Shown one piece after another: positions 20,522 to 30,550 of a stretch of DNA of 64,000 bases. Within the stretch, counting starts at the first letter, position 1, and every line of letters starts with the position of its first letter. The stretch lies in NCBI GenBank assembly GCA_964391505.1, contig CAYMMG010000004.1:2920-66919 (forward strand), in the 5' to 3' direction. The position numbers were made by a program, and so were the translations under genes. The notes under the pieces are model-generated. The model did not search any database, was not told the origin of the DNA, and saw only the letters and a program-made list of their open reading frames with translations. The stretch is from an uncultured Burkholderiales bacterium. GTDB lineage: Bacteria; Actinomycetota; Acidimicrobiia; IMCC26256; JAGPDB01.

Positions 20522-21394
20522 TTAAGCCTTGAAACCACAGGCGGAGGCGTGGTCGGCGAGCCAGGTCATGAACCTCTCTCTATATATACCCGCAAAGACC
20601 ACGACCGCGGCATTTCGTGGCATTTCTCCGATACAGGGCATATGCCATGGAGAAATACGCTGGTCATAATCCATTGCTTCCATCACCATCATCGCGCCTT
20701 GGTCTTGAACAACGGTATCGAGCGAATCGAGATTTCGGCCAATTTTCCATGGGGTCGAAGTAGGTGAAAGCTGCACAGAAATCACAACTGCATTTTCATG
20801 GCGATCTTGGTGAAGCTCGTAGTGATATCCAAAGCACACAGAAAAAGGAGCTGAGTCGTTCAAGAGAAAACCGCAATATGAACCCAATGACTCAGGCGCT
20901 GGAGCAAAGATTGATTCCATGGCCTGTGTGGAAAATAATTCGAGAATCGAGATGAAGGCTTGTTCTGCAGTTTTTATTTCTTGGGGACCATGCGTCTGCT
21001 TCCATTCGTATCGTTGGCCACTGGCCCACATCTGGGCAACCAGCGTACTGAACTCAAGAGACATCATGAGTTGGCGATAACCTGGGCGACCTTTATAATC
21101 CATTCGCGGTGTTGCAATTTTTCCTCGTTCGTAGAAAAAAGGATCGCTATCTGATTCTTCATCATTAAATTCGTACAGCGTTGTGTGAATGTCATCCTCA
21201 GATGGAATCAAGGGAGCAAAGGCTTCACACACTCTTTCGTGAGTACGATCGATGCGACTAATTTCAAATGGACGATCGAGAAGGAGATATCCGCGAGTTC
21301 TCAATATTTCTTCTGGGGTTTGCTTTGTAGGTAATTCAGAAATACCAGTTAGGACTTCGTCAGATACTTCGTTTTTCACACTATGTATATTCAC
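20522..21394 (-). CDS. Hypothetical protein, putative 2OG-Fe(II) oxygenase fold
   Basis: RGYLLLD, HQD (HxD), distal PWH and R followed by a hydrophobic strand. Confidence 0.55.
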   Translation of the reverse strand: MNIHSVKNEVSDEVLTGISELPTKQTPEEILRTRGYLLLDRPFEISRIDRTHERVCEAFAPLIPSEDDIHTTLYEFNDEESDSDPFFYERGKIATPRMDYKGRPGYRQLMMSLEFSTLVAQMWASGQRYEWKQTHGPQEIKTAEQAFISILELFSTQAMESIFAPAPESLGSYCGFLLNDSAPFSVCFGYHYELHQDRHENAVVISVQLSPTSTPWKIGRNLDSLDTVVQDQGAMMVMEAMDYDQRISPWHMPCIGEMPRNAAVVVFAGIYRERFMTWLADHASACGFKA

Positions 21395-21456
21395 ACATTT
21401 ACAACGAAAAACTTAAATTCCAGCGACTAAATAGTCTCAATTCCCTTGCGAAGTCT

Positions 21457-22335
21457 TTATCGACCAAGCGAACTGCTATTCGGGTCGATTGCAGTATCTG
21501 CTACTAGCCCAAGATTTTTCTGTGCCTGCAAGACAAGCTTGTCGAACCCAAATCTTACTAAGACAAAAAATCGCTTACCGCCAATTTTATCTAGACCTTC
21601 TTGATCGAGTGTCAAGATTTCGTGAACTCCGCCGTACTCTCCTGTCGACCATGCTGTCCATGTTCCTGGCTTTTTGGCCGAGCGTCTATCCATTGCTTCA
21701 TTATTAGGATCTAGAACGGGCGTAGGTCCTTGAAGTGCGAAAGCATTATCGAGGAACCAGCCTTCGTGAATCGTTACAGAAAATTGCTCCGAACAAGCCA
21801 GAGCCAGCTGGCCATTGGGTGATGCATCAGTATGTATTGGATCTAGTGCGCCTGGTATATACGGTTCATTGTCGTATGAAGCACGAAGAGAAAATTCCTG
21901 TTCAAGCCACACAGACGAGTCGCCCAATAACCGTACAATTTCTGATCGTAGCTCCTTGCTTAGGGTTCCATGTTTCTTGGGAATAACGTGGGTCACGACA
22001 AAGTCATCGATATCTGTCTGCTCGATAAGATAATCGACAAATTCTTTAAGATGATCAAGGTCGATAAGATCATTGGGAATTCCAATCCCACCTGACTGGT
22101 GCGACCATTGACTCAACCCTCTAATGCCCAAGGCATAGTCGTAAAGGCCTTTCAAGCGTGGAGCTGAATCTCCAGCTCCGAAAAAATAGAAATGTGACTG
22201 AAACATTGCAGGCACATTGGGATACTTCACTGAATTATCTTTACCAAGATCGAATGTTTCATCGTCGAGAGATCGACCGTTCCTCGCTTTGGCTAGCCGT
22301 TTTCGAAAATTAGCTAACACGGCTACCGTCCCCAA
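21457..22335 (-). CDS. Orphan paralog 3, putative 2OG-Fe(II) oxygenase fold (start may be GTG 22320)
   Basis: IHTD, HEGWF, GVHE, GGKRFFV; collinear with two upstream ORFs. Confidence 0.6.
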   Translation of the reverse strand: MGTVAVLANFRKRLAKARNGRSLDDETFDLGKDNSVKYPNVPAMFQSHFYFFGAGDSAPRLKGLYDYALGIRGLSQWSHQSGGIGIPNDLIDLDHLKEFVDYLIEQTDIDDFVVTHVIPKKHGTLSKELRSEIVRLLGDSSVWLEQEFSLRASYDNEPYIPGALDPIHTDASPNGQLALACSEQFSVTIHEGWFLDNAFALQGPTPVLDPNNEAMDRRSAKKPGTWTAWSTGEYGGVHEILTLDQEGLDKIGGKRFFVLVRFGFDKLVLQAQKNLGLVADTAIDPNSSSLGR

Positions 22336-23228
22336 TCTTGATTCGGAGATGAGGTGTCTATACGGCCGGGTTGTGTTCCAGCCCCACGAATTTCAACAGA
22401 CGTAGTGATTCCCCTTTCGGCAATATTGTTTCTAGCTTTCCGCACGAGGTCATCGAATTCAAATGTGGGTGTAACGGATACTCTTTCGCCGCCAATTTTT
22501 TCGTACTCCTCTGCGGTTGGTACACGTTCCTCGTGAACGCCACTATGTGCTTCAAAAGCAACGCCCGAAACTTCATCTGGAGAAGGAAAAACTCTCTCGT
22601 CTAATAGACCGTCATGTGGGTCGTAAACCGACGCTGGTGCAACATACGAATCAGCCATCGGTCCATCTGGATCAACATGCTCAAACCACCCTTCGTGAGT
22701 AACGGTAGGCAGATTTCCAAACGTAAGACGTAATGCACCCAGTGCATTAATAGTATCTACATGCGGCCTCTGAAAATCTGTATTCTGGAGGCGCTGATTG
22801 TTTTGATTCGTCCAACTCGCTCCAATACCTGAATATGATTTAAGCCAGTTATTCGGATCTTTCAATAGCTTCGTAATTTCCTCACGCAACTCTGGGCCAA
22901 GCACGCCATGTTTTTTGGGAAGAACATCAGAAACGATGTAGTCAACAAAGCCCGGTTGTTCAATCAAGTACTCAATGAAGTCCTTGTAAATGCCTGACTC
23001 TACACTAGGGATCGAGACTCCAGAAATGAACGATGCCACAGCGTCGCGAGGTCGTTCTCTATTTGCATGGTCAAGAAATCTTTGTAGTCGTGGATCAACT
23101 TGATCACCCCGTTCAAAATAAAAGAAGTGCGACTGACGAGCATCAGGAATATTTGCAAGTCCATTTAGAGTATTCGGATCAACATTATACGAATCGATGT
23201 AGGGAGAAATAGTTGAGGTATCTGACAT
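22323..23228 (-). CDS. Orphan paralog 2, putative 2OG-Fe(II) oxygenase fold (start at MSDTS)
   Basis: PHVD, HEGWF, GVHE, GGERVSV. Confidence 0.6.
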   Translation of the reverse strand: MSDTSTISPYIDSYNVDPNTLNGLANIPDARQSHFFYFERGDQVDPRLQRFLDHANRERPRDAVASFISGVSIPSVESGIYKDFIEYLIEQPGFVDYIVSDVLPKKHGVLGPELREEITKLLKDPNNWLKSYSGIGASWTNQNNQRLQNTDFQRPHVDTINALGALRLTFGNLPTVTHEGWFEHVDPDGPMADSYVAPASVYDPHDGLLDERVFPSPDEVSGVAFEAHSGVHEERVPTAEEYEKIGGERVSVTPTFEFDDLVRKARNNIAERGITTSVEIRGAGTQPGRIDTSSPNQDWGR

Positions 23229-23238
23229 TTTATGTTCC

Positions 23239-24165
23239 CTAGAGACCAGATCCTGTTCGATCAAATCCGCCAGTCATGGTTCGTTCATAGGCATTCCCAA
23301 TCGCATTTTGCGTAGCCTTGTGAAACATTTGATCGAACCAATTTTGCCCAGTTGCGAGAAAACGTTCACCGCCAAAACTTTTTAATTCCTCTCGAGTGAA
23401 CTGCGGCCTTGCATGGACATCACTATGGGGCGCCCATGCTTCAAGAGTTCCTGGATCCGATTGGCGCGGTTCGCCACCATGAGAAACACCTTCTGAATCA
23501 ACAATCGGTTGCGGTGAAATCAGCTCACCATCCTCTCCCCGGGAAAGGATCGCGTGTTCGTGTAGACCATCCCAACGCTGTATTGAATAGTGAGGCGACA
23601 TACCCAGACGTAAAGCCCCGGGAGGAGCTTGGTCGTCAACATGAGCCATATGAACAGTCTTGAGTGGAAAATCCGTGGTAGCGCGCCCCTCCCACTGCCC
23701 TATGATTACTGCAGAAGTATCCAACCATTCAGCTGGAGAGTACAAAAGTTTTGTCAATTCTTCTCGTAACTCTGGATCACGTAAATCAAACTTCTCAGGA
23801 AGAACATGAGTCATCATGTATTCAACAAAACCTGGTTGCTCCACCATGTAGGCAACATAATCCAAATAGATTTGTTGAGCTACTGGATCAACTTCAGAAA
23901 TCTTGATCATTACTGAATCGTGATATTTCTCTCGAGATGAAACTATATATTCATAAAGCGCCTGTGCTCGGGGATCGTCATTATTTTCGAAAGAAAATGA
24001 GAGGGATAGACGTACATCAGTATTCCCGTCTCGCGTGAGGCCTAACGAGGTAGCGGGCATCTTGTTAGGAGGGAGAACTCCAACATTTGGATCGACCGCA
24101 TAGGAATCATCAAGAGCCGTCGGTCTATGAATTTCATCATCCGGCGGCATGAGTCCATCCGTCAT
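23239..24165 (-). CDS. Orphan paralog 1, putative 2OG-Fe(II) oxygenase fold
   Basis: AHVD, DVHA, GGERFLA; shares DSYxVDPN and EQPGFV with paralog 2. Confidence 0.6.
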   Translation of the reverse strand: MTDGLMPPDDEIHRPTALDDSYAVDPNVGVLPPNKMPATSLGLTRDGNTDVRLSLSFSFENNDDPRAQALYEYIVSSREKYHDSVMIKISEVDPVAQQIYLDYVAYMVEQPGFVEYMMTHVLPEKFDLRDPELREELTKLLYSPAEWLDTSAVIIGQWEGRATTDFPLKTVHMAHVDDQAPPGALRLGMSPHYSIQRWDGLHEHAILSRGEDGELISPQPIVDSEGVSHGGEPRQSDPGTLEAWAPHSDVHARPQFTREELKSFGGERFLATGQNWFDQMFHKATQNAIGNAYERTMTGGFDRTGSGL

Positions 24166-24332
24166 TTGTCGCCATCCATCCTTGTTCAGATCTCGTCAAA
24201 TTCCAGAGACCCATTAGTAGAACTATTATCTGATGACCTGCGGAGCTCGTCAACACTTATTCCATGTTTTAATTCACCTAATAGCCCAGGTAAAAGGCCA
24301 TATCGTACGCTCAATCTTTTAGAATAATACCA

Positions 24333-25178
24333 ATGAGTACTCGTCGAGCTTTTGTATTGTCTGGTGGCGCCAACATGGGTTGTGCCCAAGTTGGCATGTT
24401 GCTCGCACTTTTTGAACACGACATTACGCCTGACCTTCTTGTTGGGACTTCCGTGGGAGCACTGAACGCTGCTGCTGTCGCAACGAATCCCACACTAGAA
24501 GGCGTAAGTGATCTTGCACACTTGTGGAGAAGTCTCACCAGCGCAGACATTTTTCCTGGAGGAAACCTTTCTCGCGCGTGGAATATCGCCAGGCGCGGTA
24601 CATACTTGGTGGAGAACTCTGGATTGGCTCGTGTGATCGAACGCGCAACTTCCATCCGCGAGATTTCGGATCTTCAACTTCCTATTCGCATTGTTGCGTG
24701 CGACTTAGCAACGGGTGAAGAAATCATTCTCTGTCGCGGTCCCCTCAAAGATGCACTTCTTGCTTCGGCTGCCCTACCAGGCGTCTTTCCCCCTGTTAAC
24801 CTCGACGGACGTGTTCTTGTTGATGGTGGTGTAGTTGATGCAGTGCCTATCTGGCATGCACTCAGCGACGACATCGACGAAATTTACGTACTTAATGTAT
24901 CTGGTGGCGGAACGCTCAAAGGATTGCACTCTCCCCTCGACGTCATGACTCGAGCATTTGCTATTTCACGAAACTTACGCTTTGATGTTGAGCTTCGCAA
25001 TGCAGCTCATGACATCGACGTTCACGTATTACCTCGACCTGTCGACAAGCGTGAGATGTATGACTTTAATGATTCGGCACGATTACTAGACGAAGCATAC
25101 AAATTAGCGTTTGCATACCTGGATGAAAATCGACTTCCCCACCCTGCAAAGAAAAAGGGATTCTTCTCGCGTTGGTAG
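24333..25178 (+). CDS. Patatin-like phospholipase
   Basis: LSGGANMG, GTSVG nucleophile, DGG. Confidence 0.92.
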   Translation: MSTRRAFVLSGGANMGCAQVGMLLALFEHDITPDLLVGTSVGALNAAAVATNPTLEGVSDLAHLWRSLTSADIFPGGNLSRAWNIARRGTYLVENSGLARVIERATSIREISDLQLPIRIVACDLATGEEIILCRGPLKDALLASAALPGVFPPVNLDGRVLVDGGVVDAVPIWHALSDDIDEIYVLNVSGGGTLKGLHSPLDVMTRAFAISRNLRFDVELRNAAHDIDVHVLPRPVDKREMYDFNDSARLLDEAYKLAFAYLDENRLPHPAKKKGFFSRW

Positions 25179-25204
25179 TTTCCAGGGTTCCACCCTGGAA
25201 ACTA
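25176..25204. repeat. Perfect 13-bp inverted repeat spanning both convergent stop codons; possible bidirectional terminator or REP unit
   Basis: TAGTTTCCAGGGT-TCC-ACCCTGGAAACTA. Confidence 0.7.
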
Positions 25205-26683
25205 GAGTACGTGGGTAAAACCGGTTACGAGACTCGGTAAAATTCCTACCGCAATGGTTACTGCAACACAGATTCCGATAGCAATTGATGTTTGTACAGA
25301 AACAAGATGTGTTGACAGAACTTCTGTTTCGCTATTGACATTCTCATCATGAAAAGAATCGGCATAAAGGGCAAGAACAATCCGTATATAGAAAGCTGCC
25401 GCAATCACCGTAGCTACGAGAATAACAATGCCCGTGAGATAAAGCTTTTCTTGAAAGGCAACACGAAAAACGTCGAACTTTGCAATGAAACCACTAGTAA
25501 GTGGAATACCTGCTTGCGCAAAGAGCAACACAGTAAGCGAACCAGCAAGCCACGGATTTGTGCGAGCTAAGCCTTTGAACTGAACGAGCGAATCCTTTTG
25601 TTCGTTCACTCCACTGACCACTGAAATAACAGCAAATGTTCCTGCGACAATAAAGGCGTAGATCACGACATAGGTCACTACCGCCTGGAGCGATTCATTC
25701 GTACCACCCTTCAAGGCAAGAAGGATATAGGCCGTATGTGTAATTGAAGAATAAGCGATGGCACGTTTAATGTTGGCTTGACGCAGTGCAACAATTGAAC
25801 CAAACAAAGCAGATGCAATGCACACGACTGTAAGAACAATTCGTGCCGATGCACCAGAAACCGTTACATCTATCACTTGAGATTGCACAAGTCGAACAAG
25901 TGCAACAAAAGCAACAAGCTTTGTAGCTGCTGACATAAACAATGTCACAGGTGAAGGTGCTCCTTGATAGGCATCAGGAGACCAAAAATGGAAAGGAACA
26001 GCAGCGACTTTGAAGAGCAAACCAATCAGAATCAACACCGTTGAAATACTCGCAACTGTGGAAACTTCTGTCGCAGCCGTGAAAGCAGTGGAGCCCGAAA
26101 CTCCGTAATGCAATGCAATTCCATAGAGGAAAATTGCAGAGGACACCGCCCCCAAAATGAAGTATTTGAATCCGCCTTCAAGAGATCGAACTCGGCGTCG
26201 GTCAAACGCAGTAAGAACATAGAGAGGAATCGAGAACACTTCAAGCGCAACAAACATTGCCATAAGGTCATTTGCCATGACCATGGCACACATACCTGCA
26301 GCCACACATTGCAAAAGAATAAAGAACTCGGCAGCTGGGATATCATCGCGTTCTTTTAAGTATGCGACTGAGACCAATGTCGCAATAATCACAAGAATGC
26401 AGATCACTACAACTGAAATTGCAGTCAAGCGATCAGTACTCACCATTCCTGAAAGCGTCGTAAAGTCTTTAGAGGTTAACCGCTTCGTATCAAACTGTCT
26501 CCATCGTAAAGCCTCAATTAAAGCGACAATAAATGAAACTACAATTGTTAACGTGGCTCCAACAATTCGGTGAAGCGAATAGTTTGTCCGCACCAAAGAC
26601 CGCACCATCGTAAATACACACATTGATACCGTAAATGCAATGACGGGGAATAAGCCGTAAAAGGATACGTCACCTATTTTCAT
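25202..26683 (-). CDS. nuoN: Complex I subunit N (operon 2)
   Basis: EGGFKYFILG, FKVAAVPFHFWSPDAYQGAP, AGIPLTSGFIAK. Confidence 0.95.
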   Translation of the reverse strand: MKIGDVSFYGLFPVIAFTVSMCVFTMVRSLVRTNYSLHRIVGATLTIVVSFIVALIEALRWRQFDTKRLTSKDFTTLSGMVSTDRLTAISVVVICILVIIATLVSVAYLKERDDIPAAEFFILLQCVAAGMCAMVMANDLMAMFVALEVFSIPLYVLTAFDRRRVRSLEGGFKYFILGAVSSAIFLYGIALHYGVSGSTAFTAATEVSTVASISTVLILIGLLFKVAAVPFHFWSPDAYQGAPSPVTLFMSAATKLVAFVALVRLVQSQVIDVTVSGASARIVLTVVCIASALFGSIVALRQANIKRAIAYSSITHTAYILLALKGGTNESLQAVVTYVVIYAFIVAGTFAVISVVSGVNEQKDSLVQFKGLARTNPWLAGSLTVLLFAQAGIPLTSGFIAKFDVFRVAFQEKLYLTGIVILVATVIAAAFYIRIVLALYADSFHDENVNSETEVLSTHLVSVQTSIAIGICVAVTIAVGILPSLVTGFTHVL

Positions 26684-28251
26684 TAGTGGCCGCCTTCATG
26701 TGAATCAGAGTCATTGGAATTTGGTTTGAATTCAACAGTGTCAGTGGTCTTTTGATTCGAATGGGTTGAGATATGCTCGGTGAGTTTCTCGACCGAAGGA
26801 TTAATGCGATCCAACATAAATTGAGGTGCCATACCGAGATAAAGACTCAACGCCAACAAGGGAACGATACACATCAGTTCCCGTGTATTTACATCCTTCA
26901 TCGTTGCATTCTCTCCTGTAGGTTCACCTGTAAACACTCGTTGAAAAGCCCACAAGAGATAAAGCGCAGCAAAAATCACTCCTGTTGCAGCAACGACTAC
27001 GTACCAACGATGTGTTGAAAAGGCACCCAACATAGAAAGAAACTCTCCAACAAAACCTGAAAAACCAGGAAGACCAATCGATGCAAAAGTCGCAATCAAA
27101 AAGAGTCCGCCAAGAACAGGAACCGATTTCATCAATCCAGAAAAAGCAGAAATTTCTCGCGTATGGCGACGGTCGTAGAGCACTCCAACCAAAGCAAACA
27201 ATGCGCCTGTCGTCAGGCCGTGGCTCACCATCGTAAAGACAGCACCGCTAAGTCCTTGCTGGGTAAGTGAAGCAATCCCGAGAACAACGAAGCCTAAGTG
27301 GGCGATCGATGAATATGCGATGAGTCGCTTCAGGTCTGGTTGCATGGTGGCAACGATCGCTCCATAAATAATTCCTATAACCGAAACGACGAGCAAGATC
27401 CACATGAGTCGATGTGCCGCGTAAGGGAAAAAAGGTATCGCGATGCGGATGAATCCATACGTTCCCAATTTCAATAGGACACCCGCCAAAATAATGGAGC
27501 CTGCTGTGGGTGCTTCGGTGTGTGCATCAGGCAACCATGTATGGAGAGGAAAGAGAGGAACTTTTACAGCGAATGCAATTGCAAAACCGGCAAATAGCCA
27601 CATGGCAGTTGTGTGGGGAACTGAAACGCTGGCATATTGCATAAGCGAGTCAATCGCAAAGCTCCAGCGCCCTGTGCTGCGCTGATACATTGAAGCGAGG
27701 GTGAGCATGGCAGCCAAGAAGAAGATTGATCCCCCCATAGTAAAGAGAACGAACTTAACTGCGACTCGTTTTGCATTTCCATGTCCAAACCCTGCAATCA
27801 AAAAGTACATGGGAATAAGGACTAATTCAAAACCAACAAAAAAGAGGAAGAGATCGCGTGCAGTAAATACCACAAGGACCGACGATTGAAGAATCAGCAG
27901 CCATGCAACAAAGCTTCGTTGATTATGAGTAATAGATTCCGAAATTAAGATCGCTATAGGAAAAAGAATGGCCGTTAAGACAACGAGAAAAAGACTGATT
28001 CCATCGACTCCCAATGAATACGAGATTCCAAGATCTTTAATCCATGCATGATGTTCAACAGCCTGATAACCCGCTTCGCCGCGTTTAAAAGCCACCATCA
28101 ACCATAAACCCAGCCCAAGAACACCACTCGTGACTACTAAACCGAGTGCACGGGCAATCCACGCTTGAGACTGAGGTAATCGGACAACAATCCCCGCTCC
28201 AACAAGAGGGAGAAGGATCATCGCAGAGAGAACAGGAAAGGAAATCGTCAT
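26683..28251 (-). CDS. nuoM: Complex I subunit M (operon 2)
   Basis: KVPLFPLHTWLPDAHTEAP, LLKLGTYG, GFVGEF. Confidence 0.95.
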   Translation of the reverse strand: MTISFPVLSAMILLPLVGAGIVVRLPQSQAWIARALGLVVTSGVLGLGLWLMVAFKRGEAGYQAVEHHAWIKDLGISYSLGVDGISLFLVVLTAILFPIAILISESITHNQRSFVAWLLILQSSVLVVFTARDLFLFFVGFELVLIPMYFLIAGFGHGNAKRVAVKFVLFTMGGSIFFLAAMLTLASMYQRSTGRWSFAIDSLMQYASVSVPHTTAMWLFAGFAIAFAVKVPLFPLHTWLPDAHTEAPTAGSIILAGVLLKLGTYGFIRIAIPFFPYAAHRLMWILLVVSVIGIIYGAIVATMQPDLKRLIAYSSIAHLGFVVLGIASLTQQGLSGAVFTMVSHGLTTGALFALVGVLYDRRHTREISAFSGLMKSVPVLGGLFLIATFASIGLPGFSGFVGEFLSMLGAFSTHRWYVVVAATGVIFAALYLLWAFQRVFTGEPTGENATMKDVNTRELMCIVPLLALSLYLGMAPQFMLDRINPSVEKLTEHISTHSNQKTTDTVEFKPNSNDSDSHEGGH

Positions 28252-30215
28252 TATGCGTTTGCTCCAAATACGGCCAGGGCAACGAGTACAAAGGTGGCTC
28301 CAGCAAAGATCACAACATAACGTCGAACAAACCCTGATTGGATACGACGCAATGATTTTCCAGATTCATTGATACCTTTAGCTAGCGACTGCGAAGCGCC
28401 GTCAACAACACGCGTATCAAAGACGAAAGCGAGAGCATTCGCACACTTCGTTCCGGCGCCCGATACCAATCTGGCCACACCCGCATTTATAAAGAATGCA
28501 TTGTTCGACAAAGAATATGCAGGGCGCAGCGCAAGAATCGGATCATCATCAAGATCACGAGGACGTCTTCTGTAGACCGCGACTCCAATTACAATTCCTA
28601 TGATTGCAAGAGACAAAGAGACTCCTGCCAAAATAATTCCTTTGCTGACATCAAAAGTTGCGATGTGCGCTGAGTGAGCACCTTCAATAGCAGGATCCAA
28701 AAATCTCGCAAAATCTTCACGTGCTTTATAGGGGAGATTGATAGCTCCTGCAATCAAAGCAAAGATACTTAACACGATGAGCGGAATTGTCATCGTTTTA
28801 GGAGATTCATGTGGAGCTTGTTGTGTTTCGCCATAACGAGCCTTACCAAAAAACACCATGCGTACTTGGCGCGTCATATAAAAAGCTGTCAACAACGCCG
28901 TTATTAATCCCAACGCCCAAAGGGTGATACCAAAAACACCTCCGCGCGCATACGCTGCGCCCAGAATTTCGTCCTTGCTCCAAAAACCAGCGAAAGGAAA
29001 TACGCCAGCAATGGCAAGCCAACCAATAATAAATGTAAACGAAGTGATGGGAAGAAGTTTTCGTAACCCTCCCATAAAGCGCATATCTTGTTCATCTCCA
29101 TGTTTCTCGTGAGCGACACCGTGCATTGCATGGATAACCGAACCGGAACCAAGAAATAACAACGCTTTGAAGAATGCGTGTGTGACAACATGGAACATTG
29201 CACCAGAATACGAACCAACACCAATTGCAAGGAATGTGTACCCAAGCTGTGAAATAGTTGAATAAGCAAGAACGCGTTTAATGTCGTTCTGTGCCACAGC
29301 GCACAAAGCTGCATAGAGCGCAGTTACTATTCCCACAATTGCAATAATATTGCTTGCAGTAACGGACGCAACACCGATCAATGGCGACATGCGCACCATG
29401 ACAAATACTCCAGCCGTCACCATGGTGGCTGCATGAATCAGTGCAGACACCGGCGTTGGGCCTTCCATTGCGTCGGGCAGCCAAATGTGGAGAGGAAACT
29501 GAGCGCTCTTACCCATTGCCCCAATAAAGAGAAGGAGAACAATAGCGGTTGCTGTTCCTTGAGGAACTAAATCAATATTTCCTTGAATCTCCGAATAGGA
29601 CAACGAACCGAGCGTAGGAGTGACGACAATAAGGAACATGGCCAGCATAAAGCCGACATCACCAACTCTGTTCGCAATGAATGCTTTTTTACCTGCAGTC
29701 GCCGCACTCGGTTTTTCAAACCAAAAGGAAATGAGCAGGTATGAACACAGACCCACACCTTCCCAACCTAAGAATGTAACAAGAAGATTCTCACCGAGAA
29801 CAAGGGTTAGCATCGCTCCTGCAAACAAGTTGAGGTATGCAAAGAAACGGGAATACCGAGGATCGCCCTTCATGTAACCAATCGAATAGATATGGATCAG
29901 CGTTGCAACAAAGGTGATGAACCCAACCATCGTGATCGACAATGGGTCAACCATGAAGCGAAGATCAACAGAAAAGTTCCCGACCTGCATCCATGTATAG
30001 CCATCGCTAGCAATCCGACGAAATTCTTCACCTTCAATCGTACGCAAAGCAAGGAAAGAGAGAACCCACAATACAAAGGTTGAACCCATTGCAACAGTTG
30101 CAATGCTTCCTGCAAGAACTGGTTTAAGACGCTTACCGAAAAGCAGAAGGAAGATGCTCGAAACGGTAGGGATAACAGGGATCAACCACGAGTAATGAAG
30201 AAAGCTTGAATCCAT
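28251..30215 (-). CDS. nuoL: Complex I subunit L (operon 2)
   Basis: WEGVGLCSY, KSAQFPLHIWLPDAMEGPTPVSALIHAATMV. Confidence 0.95.
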   Translation of the reverse strand: MDSSFLHYSWLIPVIPTVSSIFLLLFGKRLKPVLAGSIATVAMGSTFVLWVLSFLALRTIEGEEFRRIASDGYTWMQVGNFSVDLRFMVDPLSITMVGFITFVATLIHIYSIGYMKGDPRYSRFFAYLNLFAGAMLTLVLGENLLVTFLGWEGVGLCSYLLISFWFEKPSAATAGKKAFIANRVGDVGFMLAMFLIVVTPTLGSLSYSEIQGNIDLVPQGTATAIVLLLFIGAMGKSAQFPLHIWLPDAMEGPTPVSALIHAATMVTAGVFVMVRMSPLIGVASVTASNIIAIVGIVTALYAALCAVAQNDIKRVLAYSTISQLGYTFLAIGVGSYSGAMFHVVTHAFFKALLFLGSGSVIHAMHGVAHEKHGDEQDMRFMGGLRKLLPITSFTFIIGWLAIAGVFPFAGFWSKDEILGAAYARGGVFGITLWALGLITALLTAFYMTRQVRMVFFGKARYGETQQAPHESPKTMTIPLIVLSIFALIAGAINLPYKAREDFARFLDPAIEGAHSAHIATFDVSKGIILAGVSLSLAIIGIVIGVAVYRRRPRDLDDDPILALRPAYSLSNNAFFINAGVARLVSGAGTKCANALAFVFDTRVVDGASQSLAKGINESGKSLRRIQSGFVRRYVVIFAGATFVLVALAVFGANA

Positions 30216-30550
30216 TATTCTTCCCCTCCGCTACGTAATACAGCTGTCTCTGTCATCAGGGAAACATCATCGGGACTTGTCGTATGCTTACGTTTGAAGA
30301 TCGCAACCATCAGCGCCAGTCCAACGGCTACTTCCGCTGCGGCTACCACCAAAGTAAAGAAGACAGAAACTTGACCAGCAACATCATCCAGTGCTTTTGA
30401 GTATGCAACAAAGGTGAGGTTGGCGGCATTGAGCATAAGTTCAACACTCATAAACATAATCAAAGCATTTTTTCTTATCGACACTCCCGCTAAGCCGATG
30501 CAAAATACCATGGCAGCAAGGACGAGATAATGCGTGGGGGTAATTGTCAT
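30215..30550 (-). CDS. nuoK: Complex I subunit K (operon 2)
   Basis: [22 protein letters not shown]. Confidence 0.95.
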   Translation of the reverse strand: MTITPTHYLVLAAMVFCIGLAGVSIRKNALIMFMSVELMLNAANLTFVAYSKALDDVAGQVSVFFTLVVAAAEVAVGLALMVAIFKRKHTTSPDDVSLMTETAVLRSGGEE

